63,425 nucleotides of DNA from Oligoflexales bacterium (GTDB lineage Bacteria; Bdellovibrionota_B; Oligoflexia; Oligoflexales; Bog-1112), in NCBI GenBank assembly GCA_045106415.1, contig JBGCEP010000029.1, positions 1-63,425 on the forward strand. Direction: 5' to 3'. Below the pieces are notes generated by a model. It saw only the letters and a program-made list of their open reading frames with translations, was not told the origin of the DNA and made no database searches. Position numbers and translations under genes: made by a program. This document shows positions 20,064 to 29,865 of this stretch, piece after piece; position 1 is the stretch's first letter, and each line of letters starts with the position of its first letter.

Positions 20064-21593
20064 ATGAGCTACCTCATTTTAAAACGTGGCCCTGAACACG
20101 CCGAACGCATCACAATCCGCAGTTTCCCTGCGCTTATTGGTAGGGATCAGCAAAGTGATATTGTTGTTCAGGACAATAGTATTTCACGCTTCCATGTCAG
20201 AATTCGCAAACGAGGCAGAATCCATATCATTGAAGATCTTGATTCTAGCAACGGAACATTTGTAAACGGCGAAAGAGTCCACAATGCTACTCTTCACACT
20301 GGAGATCATATCCTCATTGGTGACACTGTCTTTATGTTTGCTGCTATTGAGGAAAATCTTTCTATTCAAGGATCACTCACAGATCACAATATCGTCATTG
20401 ACGACAAAGTCGTTCTCGATAGTTTCTTAGAACCACAAAACACAAATGGATACAAAATAAAACGCTTACCGCAATCGCGAATTTTCAATCATACATTTGA
20501 AAGTTTACAAGAAGTTCAAAAAATATTCGATGCTCATGGACACATTCTTTTAAGCCATAATGTTGATCATGCATGCCAAAGTCTTTTAAAATCTTGCCAA
20601 ACACTTGCTCCACAAATTTCTCGCGGAACTCTTTTTGCTTGGTCATCAACGGAAAGATCTCTGACTCCTCTAGGGACACGAAATTACGACAACAAAAAAA
20701 ACAAACTCAAAGTTTCTCCAACAGCTCTTGATAGTATTATTAAAAGAAAAAGAGGACTTTTTATTGAAAGCCCTGATGGACCTCAATTCCGGCTTCTCTT
20801 GCCTATGGTTCACCATGGACGAGTTTTATGTGCTCTCCATATTGAAGGTGATCACATAGATATATGGAACGACCATTACATTGATTCGTTACAATCTCTT
20901 CTGGAGCACAGCGCTCCAATTTTTCAGAATATGCTGCTTACACGTGAAATTGATGACTGGCTCCTTGGAATGGTTGAGACCATCATCTCTGTCATCGATG
21001 CAAAAGACACCTATACAGCTGGTCATTCTGAACGAGTCAGCAAATATAGCCTAGCTATTGCAGACCAACTTCAACTGAGTCAAGAAGTAAAAAGACTTCT
21101 AATGATTAGCTCTATTTGCCACGATCTCGGTAAAGTCGGCATACCAGATCACATTCTTAAAAAAGCTTCTCTTTTAACGCACGATGAATACGAAGAAATG
21201 AAGCTTCACCCCACTATCGGCGCAGAGCTGTTAAACTCCATTCCCGATGCTCAAAGATTCATATCTGGGGTCAAATATCATCATGAAAAATGGGATGGAA
21301 CAGGTTATCCCGACGGTCTTGATGGAGAAAAAATACCTTTTTTCGGCCGAATTATTGCTGTCGCAGATTCTTTTGACGCAATGGTTTCTGGACGTTCTTA
21401 TGCTGGTTTTATGACTGAGGATGAAGCCATTCAGCGCATCATCAAAGAAGGACATCTTTATGACAAAGATATTCTCAATGCATTAGAAAAATCTTGGGAC
21501 TCAGGGATTCTCTCCAGAAGAAGTGATACAGCAACAAAAAATCCCTCCGAAGCAACTCAGACGACGCTCGGCAAAAAAGACCAAACATCATAA
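20064..21593 (+). CDS. FHA-GAF-like-HD-GYP cyclic dinucleotide phosphodiesterase
   Basis: FHA: IGRD..SISRFH..DLDSSNGTFVNG; HD-GYP: DAKDTYTAGHSERV, CHDLGK, HHEKWDGTGYP, VADSFDAM. Confidence 0.92.
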   Translation: MSYLILKRGPEHAERITIRSFPALIGRDQQSDIVVQDNSISRFHVRIRKRGRIHIIEDLDSSNGTFVNGERVHNATLHTGDHILIGDTVFMFAAIEENLSIQGSLTDHNIVIDDKVVLDSFLEPQNTNGYKIKRLPQSRIFNHTFESLQEVQKIFDAHGHILLSHNVDHACQSLLKSCQTLAPQISRGTLFAWSSTERSLTPLGTRNYDNKKNKLKVSPTALDSIIKRKRGLFIESPDGPQFRLLLPMVHHGRVLCALHIEGDHIDIWNDHYIDSLQSLLEHSAPIFQNMLLTREIDDWLLGMVETIISVIDAKDTYTAGHSERVSKYSLAIADQLQLSQEVKRLLMISSICHDLGKVGIPDHILKKASLLTHDEYEEMKLHPTIGAELLNSIPDAQRFISGVKYHHEKWDGTGYPDGLDGEKIPFFGRIIAVADSFDAMVSGRSYAGFMTEDEAIQRIIKEGHLYDKDILNALEKSWDSGILSRRSDTATKNPSEATQTTLGKKDQTS

Positions 21594-21643
21594 AGAAAGA
21601 CTCAATATATACTCAACCCATAGCATATCGAAAGAGGTGTTGT

Positions 21644-22420
21644 ATGTGGGGAGAACTCGCACTCAGTTTCCAACAAGGAAACAAATACATTTTAGTCATG
21701 ATTATATGTACATTTTTTGCAAGTATTTTGATTTTCGAGCGCATCATCATGCTGCAAGTTGTCTACAACATTGATTTTCAAAAATTCTTACAAAATTTTC
21801 GAAAAATGATCACATCAAATGATTATGACCGCGCGACAAATTTATGCAAAAGCGTATCAAACACAGCTTTCCCAAGAATTGCGCTCCGTGCTGTTGAAGC
21901 ATATGAAACTGATCCTACTTCCGTAAGAGGAAAAATAGAAGAAGACACCATTGATTTTCTTCCAAAACTCGAAGCACGTTTAAGTCATCTCCCTCCTATC
22001 GCAACGATTGTGATGCTTATTGGTATCTTGGGAACGATTGATCAACTCTGGTGGTCATTTCACTCAATTGATGTTTTAGATACCGCTCGAAAACAAGCTT
22101 CTCTCGCACAGGGTATTGCAGGTTCTCTCAACCCAACAGCAATGGGGATCCTTTCTTGCATGCTTATTCTTGCTAGCCACCAAGTCCTACGAAGCATGGC
22201 TTTAAGAACGGCTGAAAAAGTTCATCACGGCCTTGCCGTACTCCATAATTTATTAGTCCCCGCAGATGTTGCTACTTATGTGTCTGCTGCACCGGCTATG
22301 GATATGTCGATGGATGATGAAAATCTCGGCGAATCTCCACAAAACGATGAAGGAATTGATGATGATGCTTTCGGAGATGCTGCAGTTGAAGATATCAAAG
22401 ACGAAGAAGAGATTATCTGA
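21644..22420 (+). CDS. MotA/TolQ/ExbB (AglR-like) channel protein
   Basis: Three TM segments, IIFER-like motif, LIGILGTI, LAQGIAGSLNPTAMG; acidic C-tail. Confidence 0.88.
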   Translation: MWGELALSFQQGNKYILVMIICTFFASILIFERIIMLQVVYNIDFQKFLQNFRKMITSNDYDRATNLCKSVSNTAFPRIALRAVEAYETDPTSVRGKIEEDTIDFLPKLEARLSHLPPIATIVMLIGILGTIDQLWWSFHSIDVLDTARKQASLAQGIAGSLNPTAMGILSCMLILASHQVLRSMALRTAEKVHHGLAVLHNLLVPADVATYVSAAPAMDMSMDDENLGESPQNDEGIDDDAFGDAAVEDIKDEEEII

Positions 22421-22922
22421 CCAAAGTTGGCTTTTGCCAATTGTCTTGATGAGCTTTATCGGACTTTTTGCTTTCTTCCCATATGCAATTAGAAGTGTCT
22501 CAACATCTTGGGAATTTGGAGTGGTTACACTCAATATCCCTGTTGTGAACACACAAAAACTTCCAGCTGAGTACCAGCATCTTGAAGGTGCAGAATTAAG
22601 CCATGTCGATGACTTAACTACCCTAGTGGTATTAACCGAAAAAGAGTTTTATTTCGGTGCTATCGATGATTTCACAGCAGGATATCATCAAGTGAGAAAC
22701 AAGTTCCGAGTTCCTCACCTCAATGGAAAACCTCATGCAGGAATTCTCTTTGATCACCTTCACCGATGGTTCAAACAAAAACATATGACAAAAAAATCGG
22801 ACAGCACTGTTGTAATTCTTCCTCATCCAAATATTCCTGTAAATTTAATTACACAAATGACTCAGTACTTTAAAAACGCAAATATGTATGAACACGTTAT
22901 ACTTGCGAGAAACCTACAATGA
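22413..22922 (+). CDS. ExbD/TolR-like (AglQ/S-like) protein 1
   Basis: N-terminal TM, C-terminal VVILPHPNIPVNLITQM; follows TolQ-like gene; true start uncertain (about 22413-22450). Confidence 0.6.
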   Translation, partial: LSDQSWLLPIVLMSFIGLFAFFPYAIRSVSTSWEFGVVTLNIPVVNTQKLPAEYQHLEGAELSHVDDLTTLVVLTEKEFYFGAIDDFTAGYHQVRNKFRVPHLNGKPHAGILFDHLHRWFKQKHMTKKSDSTVVILPHPNIPVNLITQMTQYFKNANMYEHVILARNLQ

Positions 22923-23440
22923 GACAAAAATATAGAAAATGGGAACGAGCATGGTTTCGTTTTAAAGACAGGCAAGACCACTGTGAGGTTTGGCTCCCAT
23001 ATCCTGCATTCATTAGCTTTACTTTAGCCATTATTCTCACTTTTCATATGCTCGTTGGCCTGAATCCTAAACTTGGAAATCCTTCCAATGTTCTGCCTCT
23101 TATGTCAGAACCTGAAAAGAAGGGGTCATTATGGATTTCAGTCAGCCTTCAAGGACAACAAACTATCATCACAACAGCACACAAAGATGTTTTTCGTTGG
23201 AGCTCGAAAAACCCACAAATAGAGCAAATATCTTTATTTAAAAAAGCCCTTAAACAAATGATCGAAGATAAAATACTTTCCGCAGGCCTGGCAATGCAAG
23301 GCAATCAAGATCAAAGTTTGATGACAATAGCAGTTGATCAAGCCGTTCAATATCGCCATTTAGAGCCTCTCTTAATGATTTTAGCTGAAACAGGCATTGC
23401 TGAATATGGACTGGAAACAAGGCAAATAAGGAAGTCATGA
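22919..23440 (+). CDS. ExbD/TolR-like protein 2
   Basis: N-terminal TM, C-terminal TIAVDQAVQYRHLEPLLMILAETGI matches ExbD ADxxVxY...AG pattern; ATGA coupling on both sides. Confidence 0.75.
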   Translation: MRQKYRKWERAWFRFKDRQDHCEVWLPYPAFISFTLAIILTFHMLVGLNPKLGNPSNVLPLMSEPEKKGSLWISVSLQGQQTIITTAHKDVFRWSSKNPQIEQISLFKKALKQMIEDKILSAGLAMQGNQDQSLMTIAVDQAVQYRHLEPLLMILAETGIAEYGLETRQIRKS

Positions 23441-25044
23441 GTCGAAAGAATAAAAATCATATTTACATTCAAATTCTACAAAATGGTGCTCCAGTTGTAG
23501 AAACAGATTGCACTATTGCAAGTCGACAAAAACTTTCTATCACATCTGGCCTTCGTGGTGTTCTTGCTTTACCTCTTTACCCTTTACCTGCTCCTATTGA
23601 GCTGATTCGAACACAAAAAAGTCAATGCTTTCTAAATATTTTGCCTGCTTTTGGTGGTTACTACACCTCCAAAGGAGAAGTTCATGACTTACATGCTCAT
23701 CATCACTCCGAGCAGCAAGTTTTAATGATTTCTGGTGATTACGCGAGCCTTGTTTTAGGTGACTTGCGTATTTTAATCCGTATCGGCGACCCACCTAAAA
23801 TTGCCCCTGTTGTCAAAAAAGATTGGAAATATCGAGGAAAATTAACAAGTATGATGTTTGACTCCTCAACAGAAGTTTGGTGTGGAGTTGGAGCCTTTTT
23901 TAGTACAGCTTTTTTATTTGCATGTTTACTTGCTGCTTTTAGCTACCATAAAAGCGATCGCCCCAAACATTTTGAAGAATTAGCGGATACTTATACTCTC
24001 CCATTTATAGCTCCTCAGAATATAGAATTTGCACCTGAAGCTCTTCAGCATCATCTCAATCGAGACCGATATGTCCCGTCTATTGTGAACTACTATAGAA
24101 ATGTTATTCGTATTGTTTCAGGAACTGGGGGAAATTCAGATCTATTCTTTGAATCTTTAAGTAAAAAAAATAGAAATTTTTGGACTGAACACAAAAGAAA
24201 AAAAGAAGCTTTTATCGCCAGACATCAAGATGAAATTTCTAACGTAGACACTCAAACTCTTGTCCAACTTCACATCCCAAGCATTACAGGAATTCCACTT
24301 AAAACCCAGGCTTCACATGTTCTTCATCGTTTAAGAGCCATGCATATTTCTTTCGATAAGACTCTTGAAACACGTCGTACTATGACAAAAGCTTTTGTGA
24401 ATGACCATAGCTATGATTGGGGTAAGTTTTCACGTAAAGTCCAATTAAAAGGTATTAAAAAGAATAAAAAGAAAAAATCTAACGGATTCGGCAGGACTTC
24501 AGACGAAGAAAATATGTACGCCGAAGCAACGAGACTTGCCGCTCAAGCAAAAAGCTATCAGAAAAAACACAAACGAAGATACTCACAAGCTTCAGACTAT
24601 GATTTAAGGTATATCCACTTAAAACCGTCTCCAACTTTAACGTTTTTAGAAAACAACAACATAGAAGATAAACTTCAAAGTTTGCAAGCTTCCACTTTCG
24701 GAAAACAGCAAAAACTCAAAGTGCTGGAACCTCTTATTGGAGAAATTCAACCTTCAGCCATTTTACAGGCAATTGAATATCGACAACTCCAGCTAAAACT
24801 ATGTTATGAGTTAGCCCTCAGAAGGAACCAGAGCGCCAAAGGAAAAATGGATTGGACCTGGAGAATTGATACAAGAGGAAAACCCTCAGACTTTCACCTT
24901 TTGGGCAGCACTATCGAAGATCGCCAAATGATCCAATGTGTTCGAAAAAAATTAGCACAATGGACATTTCCACAACCACGCTATGGGAGCGTGCTTATCA
25001 CTCACTCATTTCACTTTTCACCGGAGTCCGATGTCTCACTTTAA
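23437..25044 (+). CDS. GltG/AgmX/PglI-like TonB-type energy transducer
   Basis: N-terminal beta domain (GDYASLVLGDLRILIR), single TM, C-terminal QLKLCYELALRRNQSAKGK..W.I..RG..ST....MIQCV....W.FPQP...F.F. Confidence 0.82.
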   Translation: MSRKNKNHIYIQILQNGAPVVETDCTIASRQKLSITSGLRGVLALPLYPLPAPIELIRTQKSQCFLNILPAFGGYYTSKGEVHDLHAHHHSEQQVLMISGDYASLVLGDLRILIRIGDPPKIAPVVKKDWKYRGKLTSMMFDSSTEVWCGVGAFFSTAFLFACLLAAFSYHKSDRPKHFEELADTYTLPFIAPQNIEFAPEALQHHLNRDRYVPSIVNYYRNVIRIVSGTGGNSDLFFESLSKKNRNFWTEHKRKKEAFIARHQDEISNVDTQTLVQLHIPSITGIPLKTQASHVLHRLRAMHISFDKTLETRRTMTKAFVNDHSYDWGKFSRKVQLKGIKKNKKKKSNGFGRTSDEENMYAEATRLAAQAKSYQKKHKRRYSQASDYDLRYIHLKPSPTLTFLENNNIEDKLQSLQASTFGKQQKLKVLEPLIGEIQPSAILQAIEYRQLQLKLCYELALRRNQSAKGKMDWTWRIDTRGKPSDFHLLGSTIEDRQMIQCVRKKLAQWTFPQPRYGSVLITHSFHFSPESDVSL

Positions 25045-26665
25045 TAACAAATCAAACGCAATCACTTTAATCCCACTCGGTGGGTGTGGTGAATTCGGCA
25101 TGAATATGACCTACTACACATCAGGAAAAACAAAAGTTCTTGTAGATTGTGGGCTCATGTTCCCAGAACCATATAAACTTGGTGTTCACGGTATGCTACC
25201 GGATCTCGAGCCTTTTTATAAACAGCTAGGAGAACCCAACGCATATGTGATTACCCACGGCCATGAGGATCATATTGGGGCACTTCCAGCTGTCTTAAAA
25301 AGATGGAATAAACCAGTCTACGCGACTCCATGGACCGTTGATCTCATCGAGCAAAAACTCGAACAACATGGTTTAAAAGCGGAAATTCATACCGTCCAAG
25401 CTGGTCAAACGATCCAAGTCGGAGAGCTCAGTTTCCGCTACGTCCATGTCAATCACTCAATCCCTCATGCGTGCGCACTGCTGATCAGTAATAAACATAC
25501 GAAGGTTTTTCACACCGGTGACTTTAAATTTGACTTTGAAGCCCCAGACAAACCTATCGATGTTGAAGAGCTCAAAGCCATCGGCGATCAAGGGGTTCAC
25601 GCTGTTGTTGCTGACAGTACAAACGCCCATAAAGACGGAATGGGTCCAAGTGAAGTCAGTACATTACCAGCACTGCGCAAACTCCTTTCTCAAGCTGAAG
25701 GACGTACTTTTGTCACAACCTTTGCTTCTAACTTGTGGCGCTTACGAAACGTTGCAAAACTATGTCAAGAACTTGGAAAACGCCTCTATGTCGAAGGGCG
25801 AGGTATCCATAAATCTCTTGATCTAGCGAAAAAACATGGGCTATGGGACTTTCCAGATGACTGGATTGTACAAGAAAAAGCCTTAGACCATATAGAAAAT
25901 AAAGATCTCGTCATCATGTTAACAGGGTCTCAGGGAGAGCCTCGTTCCGCATTGATGCGCATTGCATATGGTGAGCATCGCTTTCTCCACTTTGAAGAAG
26001 GCGACACTCTCTTGTACTCCGCACGTATGATTCCAGGTAATGAGCGCTCTATTTTTCAGTTATTTAGTGAATTGCGTTATTACGGAGTGGATATCATCAC
26101 ACCGAGAGAAGAAAACATTCATGTCAGTGGCCATGCCTACGGTGGAGAGGTCGAGCGCCTGATGGATCTTCTTCGCCCCACTCATTATTTTCCTGTTCAC
26201 GGGACATTCTCACAACTTATGGACCACGGGCAAAGAGCTGAAAATAAAGGGATCCCCACAACAGTTCTTCAAGATGGCGAATGCGTTAACATTACAGCAG
26301 AGGGTGTAAACGTAGAGTCTTCTCCGGGTGTTTCTGCTATTTATCTTGACCAGGATAGCCCTCTCATGCTCTCGCATGCGACACTTCGTGAGCGTTTAAG
26401 AATTGGCGAAACGGGCCTTCTTGTTTTATCAGGAGTCTATTCACGCAAAACCGGGAAGTGGCTTCACCCAATTTCTATGGAGTCTCACGGTATTTCACCA
26501 TATGCGTCTCTAGATCCTTTAGTTCAACAAATTAAAAAACGCTTTGATGAATGGTCCCGTAAAGATGACTGTGAAGACCAGGTCATTCAATGGAGTCGGA
26601 GATTCTGTAAACGAACCATTCAAAGGCGACCTGTTGTGATCTCCAAGATTTTTGTTACGGAATAG
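25031..26665 (+). CDS. rnj: Ribonuclease J
   Basis: PLGGCGEFGMN, VDCG, THGHEDHIG, NHSIP, HTGDFK, FASNL, TGSQGEP, HVSGHA, PVHG. Confidence 0.95.
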   Translation: MSHFNNKSNAITLIPLGGCGEFGMNMTYYTSGKTKVLVDCGLMFPEPYKLGVHGMLPDLEPFYKQLGEPNAYVITHGHEDHIGALPAVLKRWNKPVYATPWTVDLIEQKLEQHGLKAEIHTVQAGQTIQVGELSFRYVHVNHSIPHACALLISNKHTKVFHTGDFKFDFEAPDKPIDVEELKAIGDQGVHAVVADSTNAHKDGMGPSEVSTLPALRKLLSQAEGRTFVTTFASNLWRLRNVAKLCQELGKRLYVEGRGIHKSLDLAKKHGLWDFPDDWIVQEKALDHIENKDLVIMLTGSQGEPRSALMRIAYGEHRFLHFEEGDTLLYSARMIPGNERSIFQLFSELRYYGVDIITPREENIHVSGHAYGGEVERLMDLLRPTHYFPVHGTFSQLMDHGQRAENKGIPTTVLQDGECVNITAEGVNVESSPGVSAIYLDQDSPLMLSHATLRERLRIGETGLLVLSGVYSRKTGKWLHPISMESHGISPYASLDPLVQQIKKRFDEWSRKDDCEDQVIQWSRRFCKRTIQRRPVVISKIFVTE

Positions 26666-26876
26666 ACTGATTTTTTCCCTTCAGCTGGCGTAAATCTTTT
26701 GGTAACGGCTCTTCTTTATTAACTTCCTTCGGGTTGGGAAAGGGTTTTAAAAACTCAACCCGATAGGAAGCCTTCTCTGGATCAAAAATCATTGGTGGCT
26801 CTGAAGCAAGATCACTATCTGACGCACACCCTTGGGCAAATAGAATGGCCCACAACCCAATCAGCCATATCTTCAT
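26655..26876 (-). CDS. Small lipoprotein
   Basis: MKIWLIGLWAILFAQGC lipobox; overlaps end of gshB. Confidence 0.55.
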   Translation of the reverse strand: MKIWLIGLWAILFAQGCASDSDLASEPPMIFDPEKASYRVEFLKPFPNPKEVNKEEPLPKDLRQLKGKNQSIP

Positions 26877-27765
26877 ATGCAGACTCCCATTGCCCCACAG
26901 CTCTGAGCATACGAGGGCTCGTGACATTAATCTCAGAGACACGATCTCCAATAATATCAAATCCCAAAAAAACGAGACCATCTTTTAAAAGGTCAGATGA
27001 AATCTCACGGACCATTGCTTCAATTTGCGAACTAGGTTGATAAGGCTCTAACGTCGCCCCACTACTCGTATTCGCAAGAAAATGACCTTGAGGAGGCTTT
27101 TTCAAACACCAAGCTATCGGTTCTCCACCCACGGAAAAAGCACGGATTTCCCCCTCATAAATCTTATCGTTAAAAGGCTGTAACAACCTTGGTCCTTCTG
27201 CAAGAGCATCTTGAAGCTGAGACTTCTGGGCTTGATCATCAACACGGATCGTAAAAATTCCTTGCCCCCCAAAAAGATCAAGAGGCTTACAAATCACATG
27301 CTGATACTCTGATAAGAAATCACACGCTGCCTGATAAGACGATGTCAAAAGGCCTGCAGCAGCATGCTTATCCTGAGTATAAATCGCTAATTTTTCATTA
27401 TAACGACGAACAGCCTCTGGAGAATTCCACACCGGAACATCTTGAGAAACTGCATCTAAGATCCACGTCGTCGTCAAGTAACGCATATCAAACGGCGGTT
27501 CTTGACGCAGGTGAATACTCGAAAACTCATGGAGCGATTTCACCACAGTTGTGCTGGTTTGCACACTGGTCACGTCTCCTGAAAAAAACAGTTGACTGCA
27601 ATCGCCTGTCGGTTTTTGGCCAATCGACCACTGCAGTGCGTCGGGCGTCACCATGTGACATTCATGCCCTCGGCGAGTTAAAGTATATGCCAAAGCTAAA
27701 CTTGTATCGAGTTTAGGTTTTAATTTTGACAAAGGATCCATGACAAATAGATGAGATTGCGCCAT
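26815..27765 (-). CDS. gshB: Glutathione synthetase
   Basis: FVMDP...DTSLAL, RQEPPFD, NEKL, KPLDLFGGQG, SEINVTSP. Confidence 0.92.
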   Translation of the reverse strand: MAQSHLFVMDPLSKLKPKLDTSLALAYTLTRRGHECHMVTPDALQWSIGQKPTGDCSQLFFSGDVTSVQTSTTVVKSLHEFSSIHLRQEPPFDMRYLTTTWILDAVSQDVPVWNSPEAVRRYNEKLAIYTQDKHAAAGLLTSSYQAACDFLSEYQHVICKPLDLFGGQGIFTIRVDDQAQKSQLQDALAEGPRLLQPFNDKIYEGEIRAFSVGGEPIAWCLKKPPQGHFLANTSSGATLEPYQPSSQIEAMVREISSDLLKDGLVFLGFDIIGDRVSEINVTSPRMLRAVGQWESAYEDMADWVVGHSICPRVCVR

Positions 27766-27819
27766 ACTGTGCCCTGTTCGTTGCAAATGCAACGCCTATG
27801 ATACGAAGGCTAAAGAAAA

Positions 27820-28995
27820 ATGAAACTCCCTACTATTGAATCCATTGATTTTACAAGGAAAAATGTTTTCCTGCGACTTGACCTCAACGTTCCTATGCAT
27901 CAAGGCGTGATTTCTGATGACACTCGCATTCAAGCTGCGCTTCCCACAATCCGCTGGATTCGTGAACGAGCTGGTCACATTGTCATTGCAAGTCACCTTG
28001 GTCGCCCAAAAGGACAAGTTGTCCCTGAGCTTTCTTTAGAGCCAGTGGCTGCGCGACTCGCTGAGTTACTCGATTGCGAAATTAACTTAGTCAGCGATTA
28101 TGTTGAGGAGCCTTGTGAAGGATTATTAAAACAACTAGGACAAAACCAAATTGTTTTACTTGAAAACCTAAGGTTTCACCCACAAGAAACAGCTGGAGGC
28201 ATTGAGTTTGCAAGAGCGCTTGCTCAAGGTATGGACGTGTATGTCAATGACGCTTTTGGAGCGATTCACCGTGCTCACACATCTATTTCTGAGGTTCCAA
28301 CGTTGACTCCTGAAAAAGCAGCAGGATTTTTAGTCGAGCGTGAAGTCCGCGGACTCTCAGGCCTTATAGACGACCCAGCCATGCCTTTTACAGCGATTGT
28401 CGGAGGCGCTAAAGTCTCTGATAAGATCGGCATCATTCTTAGCCTCCTTGATCATTGTAACAATTTGATTATCGGCGGAGCTATGGCCTACACGTTTCTT
28501 GCTTACCAAAAGCTATCAGTTGGTAAATCTCGTGTCGAAGTCGAGCATCTCGACATGGTACGCTCAATTTTAAATACAGCTCATACCCGCAAAGTTAATA
28601 TCCACCTACCGTCTGACCACATCTGCGCTAAAGAGTTTAATGAAACCGCAACACCCATTGTATGTGATACGATTCCAGATGACGCAATGGGGCTTGATAT
28701 TGGGCCAGAGACCTTGAAAAACTACAAAAAGTTGATCGAGCGCTCTGGACGAGTGTTATGGAACGGGCCCATGGGTGTTTTTGAGTGGGAACAATTCTCA
28801 AAAGGAACTATGGGCGTCGCTGATGCTGTTGCTCAATGTCATGGCCGCACAGTTGTCGGAGGTGGAGACTCTGTTGCAGCAGTTTACAAAGCTGGACTGG
28901 CCAAACACATGACTCATGTGTCGACTGGTGGCGGAGCTTCTCTTGAATTTATTGAAGGTAAAGAACTCCCAGGCTTAACCGCTCTGCAAGACTAA
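27820..28995 (+). CDS. pgk: Phosphoglycerate kinase
   Basis: RLDLNVP, SHLGRP, LLENLRF, NDAFGAIHRAH, GGAKVSDK, WNGPMGVFE, GGGDS, STGGGASL. Confidence 0.98.
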   Translation: MKLPTIESIDFTRKNVFLRLDLNVPMHQGVISDDTRIQAALPTIRWIRERAGHIVIASHLGRPKGQVVPELSLEPVAARLAELLDCEINLVSDYVEEPCEGLLKQLGQNQIVLLENLRFHPQETAGGIEFARALAQGMDVYVNDAFGAIHRAHTSISEVPTLTPEKAAGFLVEREVRGLSGLIDDPAMPFTAIVGGAKVSDKIGIILSLLDHCNNLIIGGAMAYTFLAYQKLSVGKSRVEVEHLDMVRSILNTAHTRKVNIHLPSDHICAKEFNETATPIVCDTIPDDAMGLDIGPETLKNYKKLIERSGRVLWNGPMGVFEWEQFSKGTMGVADAVAQCHGRTVVGGGDSVAAVYKAGLAKHMTHVSTGGGASLEFIEGKELPGLTALQD

Positions 28996-29009
28996 AAAAA
29001 GGGGCTGAT

Positions 29010-29735
29010 ATGAGAATTCCTGTCATGGCGGGAAACTGGAAAATGAATCAAAGTGCAAGTGATATTCATCCTTACTTTGATACATTAGAACTCTCCAGTC
29101 AGTGTGAGGTTATGATTGCTGCACCTGCTGTTTATCTCCACAACTGTATTCTCGCAGCCCGCCCAAAAGGGTGCCGTATTTTGGCTCAGAATTCTCACCA
29201 CGAAGATAGAGGTGCTTATACCGGTGAGATTTCTCCTACAATGCTCAAGGATATCGAAGCTTACGGCTCCCTTGTTGGTCATAGTGAACGCCGGCAATAT
29301 TTTCACGAGTCTGATGAAGATGTAAGACGAAAAACACAAGCGCTTCTCAACCATGACTTGTACGCAATTGTTTGCGTGGGAGAAACTTTAGAAGAACGTG
29401 AAACTGGTCAAACTCTCCAGGTCATCGAACGTCAAATCCATGCCGTAAAAGACTTATGCAATCATAGAATGCTCATCGCATACGAGCCAGTATGGGCCAT
29501 TGGCACAGGGAAATCGGCAACACCCGATGATGTTCAAAATATTCACAAAGCCATCCGTGGTTTTCTCGGTTCCTTAGGCGCTCAGACTCGAATCCTTTAC
29601 GGAGGTTCCGTAAAGCCAGAAAATGCAGCCTCCATTCTAAAAAATCCAGATGTAGATGGAGCTCTTGTCGGCGGAGCTTCCTTAAAAGCTTCTGATTTTC
29701 AAAAGCTTATCAATGCTTGCTTACCACAAGCATAA
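29010..29735 (+). CDS. tpiA: Triosephosphate isomerase
   Basis: AGNWKMN, GAYTGEIS, GHSERR, AYEPVWAIGTG, YGGSV, LVGGASL. Confidence 0.98.
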   Translation: MRIPVMAGNWKMNQSASDIHPYFDTLELSSQCEVMIAAPAVYLHNCILAARPKGCRILAQNSHHEDRGAYTGEISPTMLKDIEAYGSLVGHSERRQYFHESDEDVRRKTQALLNHDLYAIVCVGETLEERETGQTLQVIERQIHAVKDLCNHRMLIAYEPVWAIGTGKSATPDDVQNIHKAIRGFLGSLGAQTRILYGGSVKPENAASILKNPDVDGALVGGASLKASDFQKLINACLPQA

Positions 29736-29865
29736 ATTTGTTTTTCTGATCCAGAACCTCCTCTAAATTCAACTTGCTGCTCTGCTCACAACCACGTACC
29801 ATGCAGGCCCGAAGCCAGATATTTCAGGCTTTCTGTCTCCAACTCACTCATCTTTGAGGTTCTAT

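Noticed and set aside
22266..22412. N-terminal extension of TolR-like protein 1
   Set aside because: Overlaps the acidic tail of the TolQ-like gene in another frame; real start is probably near the TM segment
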